Below are positions 1-8,411 of a stretch of 30,463 nt of DNA, piece by piece. Position 1 is the first letter of the stretch; every line of letters begins with the position of its first letter. Below the pieces are notes generated by a model, which saw only the letters and a program-made list of their open reading frames with translations, was not told the origin of the DNA and searched no databases. This stretch comes from Prasinococcaceae sp. CCMP 1430 (lineage: Eukaryota > Plantae > Prasinodermophyta): the NCBI GenBank assembly GCA_013416795.1, contig RQSC01000008.1, positions 374,743 through 405,205 of the forward strand, written 5' to 3'. The translations under genes and the position numbers were made by a program.

Positions 1-3000
1 GCGCGCACGCGGCGCCCCACGTCTGCGTCGCCGAGGCGCCATCGAGGCGATACCAGCCGCCGCCCTGCAGCGCGCCGCACGCGTAGCACTGCTCGCCCGC
101 CTGGGGCGTGAAGGTGTTGGCGGGGCAGTCGGCGCAGGACGTCAGGCCCGTCGAGGCGGTGGTCGTGCCGATGGCGCACGCCTCGCAGGTGGACTGGCCA
201 GCCAAGGGCTGGTAAAGGCCCTTGGCGCACGGCTCGCACGTCGACGAGGCGGTGGCGCCTATCAGGGCAGAAGAGGTGCCGGCGGGGCACTCCTTGCAGC
301 CCTCGCCCGCGGCGTCGGCGTAGGTCCCGGCGGGGCAGTCGGAGCACGCTTTTGAGCCAGTGTCTGAGCCTTGGCCCGCCGGGCAGGCGAGGCAGTCCGC
401 CGAGGTTGCGGAGAACGTGGCGGCGTTGTATGTGTTGGCGCCGCACGGTTCGCACTGCCTCGCGTCGCCGCCGTACGAGGCCACGTACATGCCGGGCGGG
501 CACGCGTAGCAGGAGGAGGTGTCGATCGTGCCGGCCGCGCATATCGAAAGCTGGACGGCGAGGGCGCGTACATAGCTATCGACGCCCGAGCCGAACGCGC
601 TCCACGCCGCGCCGTCCCACCTGGCGATGTGGGACGTGCCCGACACGCCGCCGGCCGAGTTGAACTCACCGCCGACGTACAGCGAGCCCGACGAAGCGTC
701 CCACGCGAGGGCGTAAACACTGCCATCAACGCCCGAGCCGAGGGCGCTCCACGCCGCACCGTCCCACTTGGCGATGTAGGACGTGCCCGACACGCCGCCG
801 GCCGAGCCAAAATATCCGCCGACGTACAGCAAGCCCGACGAAGCGTCCCACGCAAGGGCGCGTACTATATCGCCATCAACGCCCGAGCCGAGCGCGCTCC
901 ACGCCGCGCCATCCCACTTGGCAATGTAACGCGTGCCCGACACGCCGCCGGCCGAGCCGAAGTCGCCGCCAACGTACACCGAGCCCGACGAAGCGTCCCA
1001 CGCGAGGGCAAGTACATACAGCCCATCGACGCCCGAGCCGAGCGCGCTCCACGCCGCGCCGTCCCACTTGGCGATCTCGGACGTGCCCGAGACGCCGCCG
1101 AACGACTCGAAGTCGCCGCCGACGTACAGCACGCCCGACGAAGCGTCCCACGCGAGGGCGTATACATAGTCATCGACGCCCGAGCCGAGCGCGCTCCACG
1201 CCGCGCCGTCCCACTTGGCGATGTGGGACGTGCCCGACACGCCGCCGGCCGAGTTGAACTCACCGCCGACGTACAGCGAGCCCGACGACGCGTCCCACGC
1301 GAGGACAAGTACGGGGCCATCGACGCCCGAGCCGAGCGCGCTCCACGCCGCGCCATCCCACTTGGCAATGTAACGCGTGCCCGACACGCCGCCAGCCGAG
1401 TCGAAGACGCCGCCAACGTACAGCGAGCCCGACGAAAAGTCCCACGCAAGGGCGTAAATCCGCGAAAAGCCGAGCGCGCTCCACGCCGCGCCGTCCCACT
1501 TGGCGATGTGGGACATGCCCGACACGCCGCCGACCGAGTCGAAGGAGCCGCCGACGTACAGCAAGCCCGACGAAGCGTCCCACGCGAGGGCGAAAACACT
1601 GCCATCGACGCCCGAGCCGAGCGCGCGGCCATCGACGCCCGAGCCGAGCGCGCTCCACGCCGCGCCGTCCCACTTGGCGATGTGGGACGTGCCCGACACG
1701 CCGCCGGCCGAGCCGAAGTCGCCGCCGACGTACAGCGAGCCCGACGAAGCATCCCGCGCGAGGGCGCGTACGGGCCCATCGACCTCCGAGCCGAGCGCGC
1801 CCCACGCCGCGCCGTCCCACTTGGCGATGTTAGACGTGCCCGACACGCCGCCGGCCGAGTCGAACCAGCCGCCGACGTACAGCGAGCCCGACGAAGCGTC
1901 CCACGCGAGGGCAAGTACATACAGCCCATCGACGCCCGAGCCGAGCGCGCTCCACGCCGCGCCGTCCCACTTGGCGATCTTGGACGTGCCCGGCACGCCG
2001 CCGGCCGAGTCAAAGTCGCCGCCGACGTACAGCGAGCCCGACGAAGCGTCCCATGCGAGGGCGTATACATGGATCCACTCATCCATGCCTGAGCCGAGGG
2101 CGCTCCACGCCGCACCGTCCCACTTGGCGTTGTCACCCGTGCCCCACACGCCGCCGGCATGGAAGAAGTAGCCGCCGACGTACAGCGAGCCCGACGAAGC
2201 GTCCCACGCGAAGGCGTTTACACGCCACCCATCGATGCCCGAGCCGAGCGCGCTCCACGCCGCGCCGTCCCACTTGGCGATCTTGGACGTGCCCGACACG
2301 CCGCCGAACGACTCGAAGGAGCCGCCGACGTACAGCGAGCCCGACGAAGCGTCCCACGCGAGGGCGCGTACATCGGGATCGACGACCGAGCCGAGCGCGC
2401 TCCACGCCGCGCCGTCAGTTAAACGCCACCCATCGACGCCCGAGACGAGCGCGCTCCACGCCGCGCCGTCCCACTTGGCGATCTTGGACGTGCCCGACAC
2501 GCCGCCGGCCGAGCCGAAATATCCGCCGACGTACAGCACGCCCGACGACGCGTCCCACGCGAGGGCGTATACCCGGTCATCGACGCCCGAGCCGAACGCC
2601 GCCGTCCACACGTCCCCTTCATGCAGCATCGCAAAACCTCTCCCATCCCATCCCCCTCCGGCCACCGCGAGCCGCGAGCCGCTCGAGACCGTTCGCACGT
2701 TCGCGCTGGCAGGGAGGACCACCTCCACGCCCATGCCGTCGTCGGTGAAGTTAAGCTCGCCCGCATACGCCCCGCTCGTGCCGAGGCCCGAGCCGAGCGT
2801 AAGCACAATGGACACCGACGCGCCGCCTGCGAGCGATCCCAGGGCGGGCGAGGCCGACATCCACGCGTCCGAAGCCGCAGCCGTCCAATCCACCGCGCTA
2901 GCCGCATCGTTGGTGAGCGTGACCGTCGCGGTCGTGGTCGTGCTGTACGCCATCGTCTCGGACACGCTCCCGGGCGACACGCTGAGGGGCGGTGACACGG

Positions 3001-3576
3001 TCAGCTGCAGCGGCAGCCGGATGGCGTCGCCGCCGCTCGAGCCCACCACCAGCACTGCCGAGTGCGCGCCCTGGGCCAACCCCGACGCGTTCATCCGCAC
3101 CGTCACGCTGGCGCTTTCAGCCGCCACGAGGCCGCTCCCAGAGCTCGCGCCCACCACGCTCGTCCAGGCCTCGCTGACGGTGGCGAACCAGTCCAGAGTG
3201 CCTGAGCCATCCTACCGTTCGTGCGGGACGGGTCGAATGGAGGGGTCAGCGCGGGGTGGCGCGCGCAACAACTGCGGCTCGCTCGCTCTGCCCACCGGCA
3301 ACGGCGCCCTTGCGCGCGCAGCAGCACGCCCGCGCCACCTAAGCCCCCCTCTTGCCCCACGCGAGCGCGGCGCCTCTCCTTGGGCGCGGCCGCGCCGCCA
3401 CGCACCGCGTCCGCGACGAACGTCACCGCCGCCTCGGCCACGTCGGGCCGGTAGGCCGCCAGCGCCAGCGTGTCGGGCGTCCCCGCTCCGAACGCAAGCC
3501 GCGTTGTTGCGAGTGCTCCTTGCGCGGCGCTGACCGCGGCGAGGAGCAGGAGGGTCGGCGCGGCCGGGGATGGCAT
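1..3576 (-). CDS. Large secreted/cell-surface repeat protein: signal peptide, 2 BACON-like Ig domains, ~14 Rax2-like beta-propeller repeats, Cys-rich (ephrin-receptor-like/GCC2-GCC3) repeats; 3'-partial
   Basis: Exon 1 is 3576-3406 (MPSPAAPTLLLLAAVSAAQGALA..., signal-peptide-like). Intron 3405-3212 has a GTGCGT donor, a GCTGAC branch near 3245 and a TAG acceptor, phase 0. By hand translation exon 2 is open from 3211 to position 1 (>1127 aa total). It reads DGSGTLDWFATVSEAW...VDWTAAASDAWMSASPALGSL (Ig/BACON-like), then repeats WSALGSGVDGxVxALAWDASSGSLYVGGxFxSAGGVSGTxxIAKWDGAA, then CYACPPG/CLACPAG/CSDCPAGTY/CKECPAGT/CEPCAKG. The ORF track lacks it because no stop falls in the window. Confidence 0.88.
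560..2620 (-). repeat. Intragenic tandem array of ~147-150 bp (49-50 aa) beta-propeller blade repeats
   Basis: There are 13 copies of the YVGG motif (+ strand CCGCCRACGTAC near 670, 817, 967, 1116, 1264, 1410, 1550, 1722, 1870, 2020, 2172, 2322, 2525) and 14 complete xD..[VI]xA loops. DNA identity between copies is very high outside a few variable sites. Confidence 0.95.
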
Positions 3577-3960
3577 GATGGCGCTCTTTGCGCGCCGCGC
3601 GGGGGGCGACGGGCGGCGCGCGGCGCGCGCTGGAGAACTTGCAACCCTTCTTCTTTTTGGACAGGGAAGTGTCCAAGACCATCGTTCTCTTCAGAGTCTT
3701 CAGTCTTCAAGCTCTTTGGTTTCCCGGGTTCGTGTTTTGAGTGCCTTGAGTTGTCTTGCAGACGCTGAACAAGGTCGAATGAGTCTTGGATATCGAGCAA
3801 CCCAAACAGCCCTTCATCCGGCCCTTGCTGACCGAAAGGAAAGTAAGTTGCGTCGGATTGTCACACCTTCCTCAACCTTGAGTGTAGGCGGCGCGAGCGA
3901 GCTCGCGGACACGGCGCGCGGCCCCTCCCGCCCCTCGCGCGCCCTCGCGCGCGCTCCCTC

Positions 3961-4046
3961 ACACACACGCATGCACGCACACACGCACACACGCACATGC
4001 ACACGCACACACACACACGCGTACGCACATGCACACACATACATGT
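3961..4046. repeat. Alternating purine-pyrimidine (CA/CG/TA) low-complexity tract upstream of the EMC3 acceptor
   Basis: The run acacacacgcatgcacgcacac...catacatgt alternates purine and pyrimidine throughout. Confidence 0.85.
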
Positions 4047-4072
4047 CATGAACACACGCACGCGCGCCCCAG

Positions 4073-4796
4073 GAGCACGGCGTGCTTCGCAAGGAGACGC
4101 AGAGCGTCAACCCGCAGGCGGCGATGATGTCCGACCCCACGATGATGATGGACATGCTGAAGAAGAACGTGCACATGATTGTGCCGCAGATGCTCACCGG
4201 CGCGTGGGTCAACTTCTTCTTCAGCGGCTTCGTCATCGCCAAGATCCCCTTCCCGCTCACGCAGCGCTTCCGCACCATGCTGCAGCGCGGCATCGACCTG
4301 CAGGTGCGCGCCGCGCGTGGCGTGGCGTGCTCGCGCGCGCATGCGGCGCGTGCGTGCGGGCCGCGCGCGCGCGCGGTGTGCTCGGTGTGTGCGCGTGCGA
4401 GCGAGCGCTTCCGTCGGCTCGCAAAGGCGCCAAGAGATGCGTGCTCACGCATCCGGTGCCTCCTGGGCATGCAAACACACGCGCACGCGCGCCTTCGCCC
4501 CGCAGTCCCTGGACGTGACGTACGTCTCCAGCCTGAGCTGGTACTTCTTGAACCTGTTCGGCCTCCGCGGCCTGAACCAGCTGCTGCTGGGCGCGAGCGC
4601 CTCCGAGGCGATCGACGACACCAAGCTGATGGGCATGCAGCAGCAGATGATGATGGGCGCGGGCATGGACACCTCCAAGGCGTACGCGGCGGAGCTTCAG
4701 CAGATGGAGCTCATGAGGCACAGCACCGCCGCCATGGAGGGGTTCGAGGCGCGCGCGGCGGCGACGCTCGCCGCGCTCGAGCGGCGCGGGGGGTGA
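4073..4796 (+). CDS. EMC3: ER membrane protein complex subunit 3 (EMC3/TMEM111), 5'-partial
   Basis: Exon 4073-4303 (EHGVLRKETQSVNPQAAMMSDPTMMMDMLKKN...AWVNFFFSGFVIAKIPFPLTQRFRTMLQRGIDLQ), intron 4304-4505 (GTGCGC..GCAG), exon 4506-4796 (SLDVTYVSSLSWYFLNLFGLRG...TGA). These are hallmark EMC3 motifs. The N-terminal ~80 aa were not found. Confidence 0.92.
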
Positions 4797-4894
4797 GCGC
4801 ATCGGGGCGTGCTGCTGGTGGTGTGTGCGTTGGTGGGGTAAGTGAGTGGGGGGCGTAATGAGGAACGGAAGAGGCCAGCACTCTGCCACTCTAG

Positions 4895-5035
4895 ATGCGC
4901 GCGCGCGCGCGCGCGTATGTGTGTGTGCGCGCGCCCGCGCGTGTGTGTGTGCTTGCGCGAGCGCGTACGTGCATGCGTGTGCGCAGTGCGCGTGCGCGCA
5001 TGTGTGCCCGCGCGTGTGCGCGAGCGTGTGCGCGG
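4895..5035. repeat. (GC)n/(GT)n alternating purine-pyrimidine tract between EMC3 and ORC6
   Basis: atgcgcgcgcgcgcgcgcgcgtatgtgtgtgtgcgcgcg... is seen directly in the sequence. Confidence 0.8.
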
Positions 5036-5234
5036 GCGCCGCTTTGAGGGCGTATGTACACAGGGTTCGCATCCTGCGGCTCGGCGGCCCAGCGATTGAT
5101 CGGTTTCGCACCCGCTTCGAACCCGGTTCAATCCTCCCCTCCGAACCGGTTCGAACCACCGCAGACCGGGGAAGACATCCGCCTTCACCCGGTTTCCGCA
5201 GGGAGGGCGATCGGAGTTTTTGCAGCGCGCGGGC

Positions 5235-5243
5235 GGCGGGAAA
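5235..5243 (-). promoter_or_regulatory. E2F-like site (TTTCCCGCC) ~190 bp upstream of ORC6
   Basis: GGCGGGAAA on + matches the TTTSSCGC consensus, and replication-licensing genes are established E2F targets in plants. The motif is short and also occurs elsewhere in the window. Confidence 0.45.
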
Positions 5244-5431
5244 CGCGCGCCCGACGCCGCCATTCATTCAATTCAATTTGATGGCAGTGTGTATGCCAAC
5301 GATGCGGAGGGCGCGCGCCACACCGCGCGCGCGGCGCGCGGCGTGCGGGCGGGAGTGGGCAGCGTTCTCGGCCGGGTGAGAGGGACGGGAAGGAGGGTGG
5401 CAGGGCGGGTGGGAAGGATTGTCGGGGGGCG

Positions 5432-6547
5432 ATGGATGTGAAGGCGGTGTGCGCGCGCCTGGGCGTGCGCGACGCGCGCGTGCGTGAGCGTGCGGAGGAC
5501 CTCGTGCTCGAGAGCAGGGCCGCCGGCGGCAGCGGCGCGCTTGGCGCCGCCGAGATGGGGCGCAGCGCGGCGTGCGTGGAGCTGGCGCTCCGGCATCACA
5601 ACCTGCCCGCGGAGCGCACCAAGCTGCAGAAGCTGAGCTGCCTGCCACCCAACGCGTACCTCAACGCGCTGCGCGCCATCTCGAGCGCGCTGCGCGTGCC
5701 CGATGCGGTCGCGGTCGACACGGACGCGCTCGCGGTGCGCCTGGGGTGCATGCGCTCGCGCGGCACGGCGCGGCGCGTGCTCGGCAAGTACAAGGAGCGC
5801 TTCGTCCGCAAGCTGCCCGCCGCCCGCAGGAGGGGCTGCGACTTCTCGCGCGCCACGTTCGGCGTGGTTGCGCTCTTCCTTGCCGCGAAGAAGGATAAGC
5901 TCAAGGTCGACTGGCGCGAGGCGTGCGAGGCCACGGGTGTTGACGAGGACGACTTCCAGAAGGTGCACAACTCGATGCGCGACCTCTGCTACGACCTCGT
6001 GGGCGGGGGAGAGAGGGCCGGCGGCGCCACCACCAAGGAGCAGGCGCGCAGCGTCAAGCGCCACCGCGATCTCATGGATGCCACCGACTTCGAGGCTGCG
6101 GCCGCAGGCGATGGGAAGGGCAAAGGGGCCGCCGCCGCGGCGACCGCCGCAGGGGAGGGCAAGCGCAGAGCGGCCGCAGTGGGTGCCACGCGCGCCGAGC
6201 AGCCGCGGCGGCAGCACACCAGGCCGGGCAAGGACGCAGGCGGACCGCCGCCGACGCGCGCGACGGCGTCAGGAGGGACGCGCGAGCCAGCCGCCTCCCG
6301 CGGCGCGGATGAAGAGAAACGAGGCGCCGCAGCTGCCGTAGCGAGGGCGCGGGCGCACACGCAGGGCGGAGCAGGGCCGAGCGGCGTAGGGAAAGCGGTG
6401 GTCGGCGGCAACGGCGGCGATGCCGAGCGCTCGGCGTCGGTCGCTGCGGCACGCGCGCTGCTCGCGTCCGCGCCGCCGCCCAAGAAGAAGAAGGTCAAGC
6501 AGGCCAAGCTCTCCTTCTTCAAGGCCGCCGCAACCGCGCAGCGGTGA
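5432..6547 (+). CDS. ORC6: Origin recognition complex subunit 6
   Basis: Single-exon 371 aa ORF. ACVELA, LAVRLGC, YKERFVRKLPAARRRGCDFSR, AAKKDKLKVD and SMRDLCYD match plant ORC6 motifs. An Ala/Gly-rich low-complexity tail follows. Confidence 0.9.
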   Translation: MDVKAVCARLGVRDARVRERAEDLVLESRAAGGSGALGAAEMGRSAACVELALRHHNLPAERTKLQKLSCLPPNAYLNALRAISSALRVPDAVAVDTDALAVRLGCMRSRGTARRVLGKYKERFVRKLPAARRRGCDFSRATFGVVALFLAAKKDKLKVDWREACEATGVDEDDFQKVHNSMRDLCYDLVGGGERAGGATTKEQARSVKRHRDLMDATDFEAAAAGDGKGKGAAAAATAAGEGKRRAAAVGATRAEQPRRQHTRPGKDAGGPPPTRATASGGTREPAASRGADEEKRGAAAAVARARAHTQGGAGPSGVGKAVVGGNGGDAERSASVAAARALLASAPPPKKKKVKQAKLSFFKAAATAQR

Positions 6548-6956
6548 CCGAGGAGGGCGCGCGCTTGTCCCGCGGCACGAATAATACGACCCTCACAGCG
6601 CACGCACGCGGCCTGCGCCTGTCGCAAGCGTTGCCGGGGCCAGTAGCACCCCCAGCACCCAGCACACCCGAAACACACACACACTTACCGCGCGCACGCT
6701 TGCGCGCTGGAGCAGCGCGTGCGCTCCGTCCAGGCCAGCTGCGAAGGCACCGCGAACGTTAGATGTCCATTAAAACCCGAACGGCAGGATTCTATTTTGC
6801 CGCCCCTGCTACCACTTGGCTCGCGATCGTTGCTTTTCGCGCCGCTCTATGCACAAGTTGCGCGGCTGTAGCTGCTGGCGCCACAGTTGGGGTAGGTCCG
6901 CCGACGCCGCTCGGCGCGGCGGGAGTGCCCGTGGTTGTTTGCATGCCCCCAGGCGT

Positions 6957-8411
6957 TTACGCGACGGCCTTGCCGGGGGCCACATCCTCCGTGTAGTACG
7001 CCGAGCCGCCGTGCTCGGTCGAGTCGAGGCCCTCCATCTCCTCCTCAGGCGATGCGCGCAGCATGTCCATCCTCTTGAGCGCGTAGAAGAGCAGGCCCTG
7101 CGTGGCCATCACCCACAGGAAGATGACGATGATGCCGACGATCTCGGCGGCCAGGAGCTTGCCGTTGCCGCCGTAGAAGATGCCGACGTCCTGGTCGCTC
7201 GAGTAGGCCTGAGCGACGTACTTGTCCGCCGCGAAGAGACCCACGACGATCAGGCCCCACGCGCCAGTGCAGCCGTGCAGCGCGATGGCGTCCACGGGGT
7301 CGTCGACGCGCAGCTTGTACAGGATGAACCACTTCGAGAAGAGGAAGACCAGCGCGCCGACAGCGCCCGCGATGATGGCCGCCCACGGCTCGAGCGTGGA
7401 GGTGCCGGCGGTGATGGCGACGAGGCCCGCCAGCGAGCCGTTGCAGCTCGTGACGAGGTCCCAGGTGCCGGTCTGGAACTTGCGCATGAAGAGCGTGGCG
7501 AGGCCCGCAGCCGCGCCCGAGAGCGTAGTCGTCACGGCGCAGCGGGCCACCACGTCGGCGTCGCTCGTGCTGGCGACGCCGAGCTGGGAGCCCGGGTTGA
7601 AGCCGTACCAGCCGAACCAAAGCAGGAAGGTGCCAAGCACGACGAGGGTGGCGGAGTGGCCGGGCATGTCAGCCACCTGGCCGTCCTGCGTGAAGCGGCC
7701 GATGCGCGGGCCGACCATGTACGCGCCGGCGAGCGCCGCGAAGCCACCCGTCATGTGCACGACGCCGCAGCCGGCGAAGTCGATCATGCCGTTCTTGAAG
7801 ATGGTCTTGTCGAAGTCGTTGGGGAAGGCGGTGAGCCAACCATCGCCGTCCCACACCCAGTGCACCACCACCGGGTACACGAAGCCGGTGAGGACGACCG
7901 AGTAGATCAGGTATGCGGAGAACGCCGTGCGCTCGGCCATCGCGCCCGACACGATGGTCGCCGCCGCGGCGGCGAACGCCCACTGGAAGAGCCACTCCTC
8001 CCAGCCCCTGTCGTTCAGGAAGTCGTGCAGGCCGTGGTGTCCAGCGCCGATGAAGGCCTTGGCATCCGAGTTGGGGCCGTACGCGAAGCCCCAGCCGAAG
8101 ACGTAGTACGCGATGGCGCCGGCGCACACGTCGATGACGTTCTTGAGCAGGATGTTCATGGTGTTCTTAGTGCGCACGGAGCCCGCGCACAGCATGGCGA
8201 AGCCCGCCTGCATGAGGAACACGAGGTAGGCTGAGGTGAGCAGGAAGGACGAGTTCACCGCGCCCGCGACCTCGGCGCTCGCGGCCGCCTGCTGGCACGT
8301 GAAGAGCAGCGTGGCCTGCGACGCGGCGTCTGCCTCTCCGATCGAGAGGAGGACCTCTTCCGTCAGCAGGTCCTCCGGGCATGCCGCCGTGATCTGGTCG
8401 AGGATCGCCAT
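6957..8411 (-). CDS. AMT1: Ammonium transporter, plant AMT1 type (484 aa)
   Basis: Motifs FLMQAGFAMLCAGSVRTKNTMN, FQWAFAAAAATIVSGAMAER, YPVVVHWVW, DFAGCGVVHMTGG, LWFGWYGFNPGS, DDPVDAIALHG and the C-terminal GLDSTEHGGSAY. The start is placed at ATG 8411; the extension to 8822 in the ORF track is low-complexity leader. Confidence 0.96.
   Translation of the reverse strand: MAILDQITAACPEDLLTEEVLLSIGEADAASQATLLFTCQQAAASAEVAGAVNSSFLLTSAYLVFLMQAGFAMLCAGSVRTKNTMNILLKNVIDVCAGAIAYYVFGWGFAYGPNSDAKAFIGAGHHGLHDFLNDRGWEEWLFQWAFAAAAATIVSGAMAERTAFSAYLIYSVVLTGFVYPVVVHWVWDGDGWLTAFPNDFDKTIFKNGMIDFAGCGVVHMTGGFAALAGAYMVGPRIGRFTQDGQVADMPGHSATLVVLGTFLLWFGWYGFNPGSQLGVASTSDADVVARCAVTTTLSGAAAGLATLFMRKFQTGTWDLVTSCNGSLAGLVAITAGTSTLEPWAAIIAGAVGALVFLFSKWFILYKLRVDDPVDAIALHGCTGAWGLIVVGLFAADKYVAQAYSSDQDVGIFYGGNGKLLAAEIVGIIVIFLWVMATQGLLFYALKRMDMLRASPEEEMEGLDSTEHGGSAYYTEDVAPGKAVA

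Noticed and set aside
560-2620. CRISPR-like or diversity-generating-retroelement reading of the repeat array
   Set aside because: The units are in-frame protein repeats with no unique spacers. There is no reverse transcriptase or cas gene, no template/variable repeat pair, and the changes are not adenine-specific.
262-3533. Long ORFs 371-2092(+), 865-2160(-), 1500-2171(+), 2235-3533(+) and others with repetitive translations
   Set aside because: They are shadow frames of the propeller-repeat gene. Only the unlisted minus frame gives a coherent protein with a signal peptide and splice signals.
6816-8234. 472 aa plus-strand ORF
   Set aside because: It is an antisense shadow of AMT1 caused by high GC3.
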